Shown piece by piece: positions 8,748 through 16,152 of a stretch of 64,000 nt of DNA. The notes below the pieces were generated by a model. The model was not told the origin of the DNA. It made no database searches and saw only the letters and a list, made by a program, of their open reading frames with translations. The DNA comes from Patescibacteria group bacterium (lineage in GTDB: Bacteria; Patescibacteriota; Minisyncoccia; Minisyncoccales; RBG-13-42-11): NCBI GenBank assembly GCA_035529635.1, contig DATKWJ010000018.1, positions 3,823-67,822 of the forward strand. The letters run 5' to 3'. Position 1 is the stretch's first letter. Each line of letters opens with the position of its first letter. The position numbers and the translations under genes were made by a program.

Positions 8748-9000
8748 GTAAAATTGAATACGAATTAGATTGTTCATCTTTGAACTATTCCGGAAAAATA
8801 AACACTTGCTCATTCCCTGATACCGATTAGCTGATAATCCAAGCGGATTAAAAGCCCCGGGAAGGGGTTGAGAAAAGCTATTTTTCCCAGGTTGGAACCG
8901 AGAAGCAATCAATTCAGCATTTTCGCTAGCCTTATGCAAGCGCTGATTTGATTACCTCTCGGTTTTTAAATCAGCAGCTGTATAAACAGGCTGCTGTTTT
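8748..9000 (+). ncRNA. ~250-nt structured leader RNA / candidate cis-regulatory attenuator upstream of the ParB-methyltransferase gene
   Basis: It lies between the promoter (8712-8741) and the ATG at 9033 and has no credible ORF. Local hairpins: GTTCA-TCTT-TGAAC (8772-8785), GATTA-GCTGA-TAATC (8825-8839) and CCCC-GGGAA-GGGG (8855-8867). An 8-bp stem GCTGATTT (8942-8949)/AAATCAGC (8968-8975) shares 8972-8975 with the terminator stem. I recognise no known riboswitch class. Confidence 0.4.
8972..9000 (+). terminator. intrinsic terminator-like hairpin inside the leader
   Basis: CAGCAGC (8972-8978) pairs with GCTGCTG (8990-8996) and is followed by TTTT (8997-9000). It lies 33 nt upstream of the next start codon. 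Confidence 0.5.
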
Positions 9001-9032
9001 AGTTATGTGTTTAATCATTTAGCTTTAAATCT

Positions 9033-10379
9033 ATGGCAAAAATACAAAATAAAAAATTCGCTCACGAAAATATAAAAGTTCAGTACGTGCCTATTAACCA
9101 ATTAAAACCGGCAAGCTATAACCCCAGAAAATGGGATAGTGCAGCAACTGCCCAATTAAGGGACAGTATTCGGCGTTTTGGATTGGTCGATCCATTTATC
9201 GTTAATTCGGATCCCAATAGAAGGAATATTATCATCGGCGGTCATTTCCGCTGGACAGTAACAAAAAAGCTGGGAATAAAAACGGTTCCGATTGTTTACG
9301 TTAATATTCCAGATATTGAGAAAGAAAAAGAATTGAATATCAGGTTGAATAAAAATGTCGGTGCATTTGATTGGGATCTTCTGGCTGCTTTTGGAGAAAA
9401 CTTTTTGGCTGATATCGGATTTAATAGCGAAGAATTAGACCAAGTATTCCAAATTGATGAAACCCCAGAAATGTTTGACCTGGTAAAAGAGCTTGCCAAG
9501 CTTAACATCCAAAAAATACAAATCCAGAAAGGAAACATCTGGCGATTAGGAAATCATCGAATGATGTGCGGCGACTCAACGATCGAAAAAGATGTTTTGA
9601 AATTAATGGGCGGAGAAAAGGCAGATATGTGCCTCACGGACCCTCCGTATATATTGAATTATCTGCAAGGCAAGAAAAAACACGGGAAAGCAACGGAAGG
9701 CTTCGGATATAAAAGAGACAGGCGTTATTTAGAAACGGATGTTTTACCCCCTAATTTCACTGAAAAATGGATGGCGAATATAAGTAAAGTGCAAAAGGAA
9801 GATTTCAGCATTATTTGCTACGAGAATTGGAAAAACATTCGGACTATATGGGGTGAAATGGAAAAATACTGGAAAGTTAAGAATATGATTGTCTGGAGGT
9901 TGCCAAATCGTGTACAGGGATTTGCGGCTAAATACCGATTTTTTAACAAGCACGATATAGCCATGGTCGGACAATCCGGAAATATTGAGTTTAACGAAAA
10001 ACCAGAAAAAGAATTACTACAGAATGAATATGAGACAGCCCTTTATGCCATAAGCGGAAAACCGCACTGGGAGGGATATGAGAAAGGAAAGAAAATCTGC
10101 CCGACGGATTTTATTGAATTTCATGCAGCAGATGAAAAAAGTTCGGGACAAGGAATAATATTCGGTACAAAGCCAATAGAAATTCTTATCCCCTACATAA
10201 AGGTCTTAACCAAAAGAAATGATTTAATTATAGAACCGTTTGGAGGATCAGGCAGCACATTGATTGCCGCACAGAAAATGAAGAGACGATGCTACTTAAT
10301 GGAGAAGTCGCCTGTATACTGCGAGGTGATAAAGCATCGCTGGGAGAAATTAACAAGCCTAAAAGCTAAAAAACTATGA
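9033..10379 (+). CDS. ParB-like nuclease domain fused to N6/N4 DNA methyltransferase
   Basis: 448 aa. The N-terminus resembles a ParB/sulfiredoxin-like domain (VPINQLKPASYNPRKW…IIGGHFRW). The MTase motif IV is CLTDPPYILNY and motif I is IIEPFGGSGSTLIAA. Confidence 0.85.
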   Translation: MAKIQNKKFAHENIKVQYVPINQLKPASYNPRKWDSAATAQLRDSIRRFGLVDPFIVNSDPNRRNIIIGGHFRWTVTKKLGIKTVPIVYVNIPDIEKEKELNIRLNKNVGAFDWDLLAAFGENFLADIGFNSEELDQVFQIDETPEMFDLVKELAKLNIQKIQIQKGNIWRLGNHRMMCGDSTIEKDVLKLMGGEKADMCLTDPPYILNYLQGKKKHGKATEGFGYKRDRRYLETDVLPPNFTEKWMANISKVQKEDFSIICYENWKNIRTIWGEMEKYWKVKNMIVWRLPNRVQGFAAKYRFFNKHDIAMVGQSGNIEFNEKPEKELLQNEYETALYAISGKPHWEGYEKGKKICPTDFIEFHAADEKSSGQGIIFGTKPIEILIPYIKVLTKRNDLIIEPFGGSGSTLIAAQKMKRRCYLMEKSPVYCEVIKHRWEKLTSLKAKKL

Positions 10380-10780
10380 AAACTGAAAAAGAAAAACAAT
10401 TACTGATCGAGCAACTAAAGAAAACGCCGATCGCCCAGATCGCCTGCGAGAGATCCGGCATCAGCAGAGCCAGTTATTATCGGTTAAGAAAGGAGGATGG
10501 AGAATTTAAAAAAATGACGGATGACGCAATTATTGAGGGCGAAACGCTTATTACGGACATGAGTGAGTCACAATTGATTTCTTTAATCCGGGATAAAAAT
10601 TTTCCAGCCATACAATTATGGCTGAAGTCGCACCATCCGAAGTATAGCCAAAAAGTCGAATTGAACGGCCACATAACATATTCGGACGAGGAACTTACGC
10701 CGGAGCAGGCGAACGTTGTAAAACAAGCACTGCGGCTCGCCTCGTTTGATAAAAAGCATGGAAAAGAAAAAAAGAAATAA
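10376..10780 (+). CDS. small HTH protein, possible terminase small subunit
   Basis: 134 aa. The HTH is IAQIACERSGISRASYYRLRKE. It sits immediately upstream of TerL, and its start overlaps the MTase stop (ATGA at 10376-10379). Confidence 0.45.
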   Translation: MKTEKEKQLLIEQLKKTPIAQIACERSGISRASYYRLRKEDGEFKKMTDDAIIEGETLITDMSESQLISLIRDKNFPAIQLWLKSHHPKYSQKVELNGHITYSDEELTPEQANVVKQALRLASFDKKHGKEKKK

Positions 10781-10784
10781 AAAG

Positions 10785-12281
10785 ATGAATTTTGAGGAAA
10801 TCATTGAAGCAATGCTCAAGGATAGAAGGATCAGATTAAATATCGTAAAGAGAAGCCATAAATTCTTCTTCTATTTCTATTTTACCCATTACACCGAGTT
10901 CGAGATTGCTCCTTTCCACGAAGAAATGTTCCATATCACCCAAGATACGAAAATTCGCAGTGCAGTCATTGTCGCTTTTCGGGGATCCAGCAAATCAACC
11001 ATCTTTTCCCTCTCTTTTCCTCTGTGGGCAATTCTGGGAGAGCAAAGAATTAAATTTGTTTTAATTTTAAGCCAGACCCAACAGAAAGCCCAGATGCTAC
11101 TCCAGCAGATTAAATATGAGCTAGAAACAAATGGTTTTCTGAAAAGGGATTTAGGACCATTTCAAGAAGAACGCAACCAATGGAACATGGTTTCGCTCTA
11201 TCTGCCGCGCTACAATGCCAAAATTACCATTGCCTCTACCGAACAAAGCGTGCGCGGTCTAAGACATAAACAATATCGCCCGCAATTAATCATCTGCGAC
11301 GATTTGGAAGATATGGATTCCGTCAAAACAATAGAAGGACGAGAAAAAGTGTATAACTGGTTCATGGGAGAAGTACTCCCTGCCGGAGCCAAACAAACAA
11401 GGCTTATGATTGTCGGTAGCTTGCTCCATGGAGATTCTTTTATCAGACGATTACAGAAAAATATTGAGAGTACGAAAATGAATAAGGCCGTTTATCGGGA
11501 ATACCCTATTATAGATGAAAAAGACAATCCCACTTGGCCAGGGAAATTCCCGGATCAAAAAGCCATTGATGAAGAAAAGTTAAAAGGCATTGATGGGCCT
11601 ACCTGGCACCGCGAGTATCTCCTTAAAGACGTCCCGGATGAAAATCAAAGAATCCTTGAGGAATGGTTCAAAGAATATCCCATGATGCCAAATTCAACAG
11701 GAGACGATTATGTCGGGACGTTTATCGGCATAGATCCGGCGGGATCGGACAACGAAAACGCAGACTGTACTGCCATGGTGGCAGCGAGTATTTTTGGCCG
11801 CGGAGAAGAAATGAAAATTTATATCCACCCGAATCCCATAAACAAGAGGTTGCGATTTAACGAAATCAGAGACCAGGCCATACTACTTTCAAAAACACTC
11901 GGAATAAGATACCCCGCAACAATAATTGTGGAGGACGTCGGTATTCAGAAATGGCTTACCCAAGAGTTAAAGGACGCGGGCATACCGGTAAAAGAATTCA
12001 AAGTAGCTGGGATGAACAAAGGAGAAAGGCTTACTATTGCCGCCTCTCGAGTGCAGGCTGGAAAAGTATTTTTTCCGAAAGATGGAGTAAAGGATTTACG
12101 ATTGCAACTTCTTAATTTCGGCAGAGAAAAACACGATGATTTAGTTGATGCGTTTACCATGCTTATTCTGGAAATAATGAAAGACAACGGAGGAGCATGC
12201 TCTCCGCTCCCCGACCAAGGGAATACTGACAATGAAAGATACAAACCACTTTTCGCCAGCTTAATGAATAGAGAGTTTTAG
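10785..12281 (+). CDS. phage terminase large subunit (TerL)-like
   Basis: Walker A-like VAFRGSSKST and Walker B LIICDDLED. The C-terminal RNaseH-like nuclease signature is GIDPAGS…IIVEDVG…KHDDLVDAF. The track ORF starts at a TTG at 10746. The ATG at 10785 lies 4 nt after the upstream stop and gives MNFEEII…. Confidence 0.75.
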   Translation: MNFEEIIEAMLKDRRIRLNIVKRSHKFFFYFYFTHYTEFEIAPFHEEMFHITQDTKIRSAVIVAFRGSSKSTIFSLSFPLWAILGEQRIKFVLILSQTQQKAQMLLQQIKYELETNGFLKRDLGPFQEERNQWNMVSLYLPRYNAKITIASTEQSVRGLRHKQYRPQLIICDDLEDMDSVKTIEGREKVYNWFMGEVLPAGAKQTRLMIVGSLLHGDSFIRRLQKNIESTKMNKAVYREYPIIDEKDNPTWPGKFPDQKAIDEEKLKGIDGPTWHREYLLKDVPDENQRILEEWFKEYPMMPNSTGDDYVGTFIGIDPAGSDNENADCTAMVAASIFGRGEEMKIYIHPNPINKRLRFNEIRDQAILLSKTLGIRYPATIIVEDVGIQKWLTQELKDAGIPVKEFKVAGMNKGERLTIAASRVQAGKVFFPKDGVKDLRLQLLNFGREKHDDLVDAFTMLILEIMKDNGGACSPLPDQGNTDNERYKPLFASLMNREF

Positions 12282-12346
12282 GTCTTAAAGTTACCAACAG
12301 TTTACCAACTAGGGGGGCTGGACTCCCTAAGACCGTTGCGACATCC

Positions 12347-12374
12347 TTGTCCCTAGAAAGGTCGAAAATATAAT
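12347..12374 (+). promoter_or_regulatory. possible promoter for the recombinase gene
   Basis: TTGTCC (12347-12352), a 16-nt spacer, then TATAAT (12369-12374), 17 nt upstream of the ATG at 12392. Confidence 0.3.
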
Positions 12375-12391
12375 TAAAAATATTTAAGACT

Positions 12392-13747
12392 ATGGGACAA
12401 ATTGCAACAATAAAAATAACGGATCAGCAGTCTCCTCTCGCAGTTGCGTCTGTCCGCTACTGCCTTTATGCAAGGAAAAGCACGGAGTCAGACGAGCTCC
12501 AAGCTTTATCGATTGATTCGCAAGTCAAAGAAATGCTGGCTATGGCTAAAAAAGAAAAGCTGGAAGTCTCTGAGATAAGACGAGAAAGCCACTCGGCAAA
12601 AGATTCCAGCCAAAGGCCGGTCTTCAACCAGATAATCGAAGATATAAAAAGCGGCCTGTTCAGCGGAATTCTAACTTGGGCGCCCGACAGGCTGAGCAGA
12701 AACGCCGGCGATTTGGGGTCTTTGGTTGATTTAATGGATCAGGGACGGTTAATAGAAATAAGAACTTATGGCCAAAGGTTCACGAATAATCCGAATGAAA
12801 AGTTTTTGCTGATGATTTTGTGTAGCCAGGCAAAGCTGGAAAATGACCATAAGGGTGAGAATGTGAAGCGAGGACTGAGAGCCAAATGCGAAATGGGATG
12901 GCGACCCGGCGCAGCCCCTCTCGGATACATCCACGATAAATTTGCGCTAAAAGGGCAAAAGAGAGTGCTTACAGATCCTAAAAGAGCTCCTATCATGAAA
13001 CAAATGTTCGAAAAGGTAGCTTACGAAGGAGCAAGCGGAAGGGATATTTTAGACTGGCTTAACAATGAAATGAATTTCACAACGAGAACCGGGAAAAGAA
13101 TCGTTCTCAGCGGAATTTATCGGATGCTCAAAGACACCTTCTATTACGGAGAATTCGAATACCCCGTAGGAAGCAGTAATTGGTACAAGGGAGGTTATGA
13201 CCCGATTATCACAAAAGAACTGTTCATGGCGGCTCAGGCGGAGCTTACTGCTCCCCCGCGACGCCATCCTGGGACTAACGACTTTGAGTTTACCCGTCTT
13301 CTATATTGCGGCTCGTGCGGATCGGGAATCTGCGCCGAAGAAAAATTCAAGCATCAGAAAAACGGAAACACCCACCGTTACGTTTATTACCACTGCACAA
13401 AAGGTAAAGACAGGAGTTGCAAAGAAAAAGCAATTCGGGAAGAGGAACTGACCGAACAGCTTCTAAGGGTCATAGACAAGATTGATATTGATGAAATCGG
13501 AACCAGGGGAAAAATTCTGAGGGAAGTCCAAAGATACAGAAAATTTAGCTACCAGGTTCTAAACCAGGAATCAAACCTCGGCAATAGATCAATTGATATT
13601 GATATCCGTAATTACGCGAAATACATTCTTACCGAAGGATCAAAGGACGAAAAAAGAGAATTATTATCATGTCTGAGAAGCCGTCTGGAAATAAAAGATA
13701 AAACTGTCTATCTGAAAATACAAGGCAGGGAAGATCTGGAAAAATAG
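12392..13747 (+). CDS. large serine recombinase (integrase-type)
   Basis: 451 aa. The resolvase-type N-terminus is YCLYARKSTESDELQALSIDSQ. It has a recombinase domain and a zinc ribbon (CGSCGSGICAEEK…YYHCTKGKDRSC), plus a C-terminal coiled coil. Confidence 0.9.
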   Translation: MGQIATIKITDQQSPLAVASVRYCLYARKSTESDELQALSIDSQVKEMLAMAKKEKLEVSEIRRESHSAKDSSQRPVFNQIIEDIKSGLFSGILTWAPDRLSRNAGDLGSLVDLMDQGRLIEIRTYGQRFTNNPNEKFLLMILCSQAKLENDHKGENVKRGLRAKCEMGWRPGAAPLGYIHDKFALKGQKRVLTDPKRAPIMKQMFEKVAYEGASGRDILDWLNNEMNFTTRTGKRIVLSGIYRMLKDTFYYGEFEYPVGSSNWYKGGYDPIITKELFMAAQAELTAPPRRHPGTNDFEFTRLLYCGSCGSGICAEEKFKHQKNGNTHRYVYYHCTKGKDRSCKEKAIREEELTEQLLRVIDKIDIDEIGTRGKILREVQRYRKFSYQVLNQESNLGNRSIDIDIRNYAKYILTEGSKDEKRELLSCLRSRLEIKDKTVYLKIQGREDLEK

Positions 13748-13758
13748 AGAAGAATAAC

Positions 13759-13782
13759 CAAAAGCCCCGATAAGGGCTTTTG
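13759..13782. terminator. hairpin between convergent genes (bidirectional terminator candidate)
   Basis: CAAAAGCCC (13759-13767) pairs with GGGCTTTTG (13774-13782) around a 6-nt loop. Confidence 0.5.
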
Positions 13783-13827
13783 GGTTTGCTAATATAAATA
13801 AAACCAATCTAGATAAAATTTAAACAA

Positions 13828-14751
13828 CTAGAATAATTTGGGAGGATTCTTTAAAGTTATTGGCCTAGAACCACCCCTTCCTATCCCTTCAAAAATAAAA
13901 AAACTACCCTCTTCTCCACTTTTCCATAATTTACAATCTTCAATTGGGTCTATACTAACAAAAGAAAAAACGGGTTTTATTTGCACTGATGAAATTTTAA
14001 ATATGGAACGCAGAAAGTCATCGCCTCTAACATTTTGTGGTATGTCTGCTAATTTTAACCCTGGGAATACTAGAAAAATATGATTTAGACTTGTTATTTC
14101 CTTTAAGATAATCTCTGATTCTTTTTTAAGATCAAAGATTCCACCTTGAGATATATAACAAACAAGTATTGTGTTTGGTTCGTATTGCTTTCTTGATAAT
14201 TTTGTCCTTATTGTATCAAGTAAATCACCATTTATATGTTCAACCACCTCAACCTCTCGAACATGCATTTCCTGGATACCATCCCTTTGAACAGTAGTTC
14301 CTATCACGCCGTCAGGTGGATCGTCTTTGGGCTTATAAATCCACCACTTGGTTTTATCTTGTTTGGCCATAGCCATTGCAACAATTGATGTCGCATATAT
14401 TTCCTTGGCTCTTTTCAAATCCCTGTGGCTCCAAACATAGCTATGAGTTTTATTTAATTTATCTTTTAGTTTCCTGTATTCATTCCAAAATCCATTTATT
14501 CCATAGCATGGATTAAACCAAATAGTCCCTTTTTCCTTTAAATATAATAAATTAGGTGGGTACATATAAATATTTATCCCACCCGTATTATGACAAAAAA
14601 CCGCCTTTTGGGCGACTTTTTGCTTTCTGAAAATTGATACTGAGTTCGAGACCCATCTCCAGTCGTGACGGGGATGGGAATTTAGAACCTGTCCCATCGC
14701 CGTTTTGTGCTTAAAATCTGGACGGGAACGGGTCGGATTCACAAGAATCAT
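13828..14751 (-). CDS. hypothetical protein (orphan, no family recognised)
   Basis: 307-aa ORF. The annotated start is 4 nt from the tRNA-Asn 3' end, so the true start is probably internal (M19 MGQVLN… or M63 MYPPNL…). The segment PPDGVIG…x20…REVEVVEH is vaguely PD-(D/E)xK-like, but it lacks the Lys. Confidence 0.5.
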   Translation of the reverse strand: MILVNPTRSRPDFKHKTAMGQVLNSHPRHDWRWVSNSVSIFRKQKVAQKAVFCHNTGGINIYMYPPNLLYLKEKGTIWFNPCYGINGFWNEYRKLKDKLNKTHSYVWSHRDLKRAKEIYATSIVAMAMAKQDKTKWWIYKPKDDPPDGVIGTTVQRDGIQEMHVREVEVVEHINGDLLDTIRTKLSRKQYEPNTILVCYISQGGIFDLKKESEIILKEITSLNHIFLVFPGLKLADIPQNVRGDDFLRSIFKISSVQIKPVFSFVSIDPIEDCKLWKSGEEGSFFIFEGIGRGGSRPITLKNPPKLF

Positions 14752-14754
14752 CTG

Positions 14755-14826
14755 CTCCGCGGGTAGGATTCGAACCTACAACCTAGTGCTTAACAGGCAC
14801 CCGCGCTACCATTGCGCCACCGCGGA
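14755..14826 (-). tRNA. tRNA-Asn (anticodon GTT)
   Basis: The minus strand reads TCCGCGGTGGCGCAATGGTAGCGCGGGTGCCTGTTAAGCACTAGGTTGTAGGTTCGAATCCTACCCGCGGAG. The cloverleaf was checked by hand: acceptor TCCGCGG/CCGCGGA, anticodon loop CTGTTAA, T-arm GTAGG-TTCGAAT-CCTAC. Confidence 0.93.
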
Positions 14827-14850
14827 ATACTTTTAAAGTATATATCAATT

Positions 14851-16152
14851 TTAGTATCCTTTCAACTTTTTTAAAGAACCGTGCTCCCTGATTCTTTCCA
14901 AGGCTTTGGCTTCAATCTGGCGGATTCTCTCCCTGGTTACCCCGAATTCCTTCCCTACTTCTTCCAAAGTGTGGGTTACGCCGTCTTCCAAACCGAATCT
15001 CATAGCCAAAATCTTCTGTTCTCTGGGAGTCAAATCAACCAGAATCTCTTTCAACCGCTCTTTCAATAAAGTCCTGGCCGCTTCCAAAGAAGGCGGAATC
15101 GATTTCTTGTCTTCGATAAATTCAGCCAGAATGGAATCTTCGTCGTTCTCGCCGACCGGAGTTTCAAGCGAAATGGTATCCCGGGAAATCTTCTGGATAT
15201 GATAAACCTTTTCCACTTCTATCCCCATTTCAGCCGCAATTTCCTCGGACAAAGGCTCTCTGCCCAAATTCTGCAATAATCTGCGCCTGACCTGGGTGTA
15301 TTTGGAAATCGTTTCCACCATATGAACCGGAATCCTGATCGTCCTGGCCTGATCAGCCAGAGCGCGGGTAACCGCCTGCCTTATCCACCAGGTGGCGTAG
15401 GTTGAAAACTTATAACCGCGGCGCCAGTCGAATTTTTCCACTGCCCGGAATAATCCCAAATTCCCTTCCTGGATCAAATCCAGCAGAGTTAGATTGGAAC
15501 TTCTGCCAACGTATCTCTTGGCAATAGAAACAACCAATCTCAAATTGGCTTCGGCCAAGTTTTTCTTGGCTTCCAAGTCGCCTTTTTCTATTCTTTTGGC
15601 CAATTCTTTTTCTTCGGCAGCCGTAACGAAAGAAATCTTGCCGATTTCCTTCAAATACATCTGAATAGGGTCGATTCCTCCCACGATTTTCTTTTTCTTG
15701 TCGACTTTTTCATCAAGAGAAATCAATTCTCTGGCTTCCTGAATCTTGATTCCCTGGTTTTCCAGATCTTCGTAAAACTTTTCCAAGCCCTTGATATCCC
15801 TTTCTATTTCCGGAAAATAATAAAGAATTTCGGAATAAGTGATAAAACCCCGGTCTCTTCCCTTTTTAACCAATTCTTGGAATTTATCCTCAGTGAAAAC
15901 CTTCTTGCCCCGCAAAAAACTTCTGACTTTTTTCTTCCGTTTGACTGCTTTCTTTTTCGGCTTTTTTTTCAACGGCCGGCGCTTTTTTACCGCTTTTTTC
16001 ACTGTCCGGGATTTTCTAACCGGTTTTTTCCTTTTCTTGGTCTTTTTTTCTTTTCTTTTAGAACCGACTTTCCTTTTCTTCGTCTTTTTGACTCTTTTCA
16101 CCGGCCGGCTCTTTTTTCTCCGGGTTTTTTTCTTTTTTTTCAGTTTTGGCAT
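14851..16152 (-). CDS. rpoD: RNA polymerase sigma-70 factor RpoD with ~85-aa poly-Lys/Arg N-terminal extension
   Basis: Region 2 is [16 protein letters not shown] and region 4.2 is [24 protein letters not shown]. The N-terminus is [28 protein letters not shown]…. Confidence 0.95.
   Translation of the reverse strand: MPKLKKKKKTRRKKSRPVKRVKKTKKRKVGSKRKEKKTKKRKKPVRKSRTVKKAVKKRRPLKKKPKKKAVKRKKKVRSFLRGKKVFTEDKFQELVKKGRDRGFITYSEILYYFPEIERDIKGLEKFYEDLENQGIKIQEARELISLDEKVDKKKKIVGGIDPIQMYLKEIGKISFVTAAEEKELAKRIEKGDLEAKKNLAEANLRLVVSIAKRYVGRSSNLTLLDLIQEGNLGLFRAVEKFDWRRGYKFSTYATWWIRQAVTRALADQARTIRIPVHMVETISKYTQVRRRLLQNLGREPLSEEIAAEMGIEVEKVYHIQKISRDTISLETPVGENDEDSILAEFIEDKKSIPPSLEAARTLLKERLKEILVDLTPREQKILAMRFGLEDGVTHTLEEVGKEFGVTRERIRQIEAKALERIREHGSLKKLKGY

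Larger units (their letters stand above)
9033..13747 (+). mobile_element. phage-derived cassette: ParB-MTase, HTH/TerS-like, TerL, large serine recombinase (no structural genes)
   Basis: Four co-oriented, overlapping or closely spaced genes typical of the start of a phage packaging module, plus an integrase-type recombinase. There are no capsid, portal or tail ORFs anywhere nearby. Confidence 0.55.
1..14754. mobile_element. probable accessory/genomic-island segment abutting the 3' end of tRNA-Asn (left boundary outside window)
   Basis: The content is defence (type I R-M), phage packaging genes and a serine recombinase. It lies directly downstream of the 3' end of tRNA-Asn (14755), which is the classical island geometry. 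The R-M part is visibly AT-richer: my counts on sample 60-nt lines at 1501, 3001 and 6001 give 20, 14 and 23 G+C, versus 29-37 for lines in uvrA, rpoB, rpoC and trpS. I found no flanking direct repeat. Confidence 0.4.

Noticed and set aside
8667-8939. 90-aa minus-strand ORF across the hsdM/ParB-MTase intergenic region
   Set aside because: It would run through both divergent promoters and the structured leader. Its sequence has no protein-like features. The region is better explained as regulatory or non-coding RNA.
8748-9000. Leader RNA as a SAM-type riboswitch, attractive because it precedes a methyltransferase
   Set aside because: I could not find any of the SAM-I/II/III or SAH core consensus elements by eye. 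It is kept only as an unclassified candidate regulatory RNA.
12392-14826. tRNA-Asn as the attachment site of the serine recombinase
   Set aside because: Large serine integrases usually do not target tRNA 3' ends. An unrelated gene sits between the recombinase and the tRNA. I found no duplicated tRNA 3' segment in the window. The adjacency is noted but not claimed as att.
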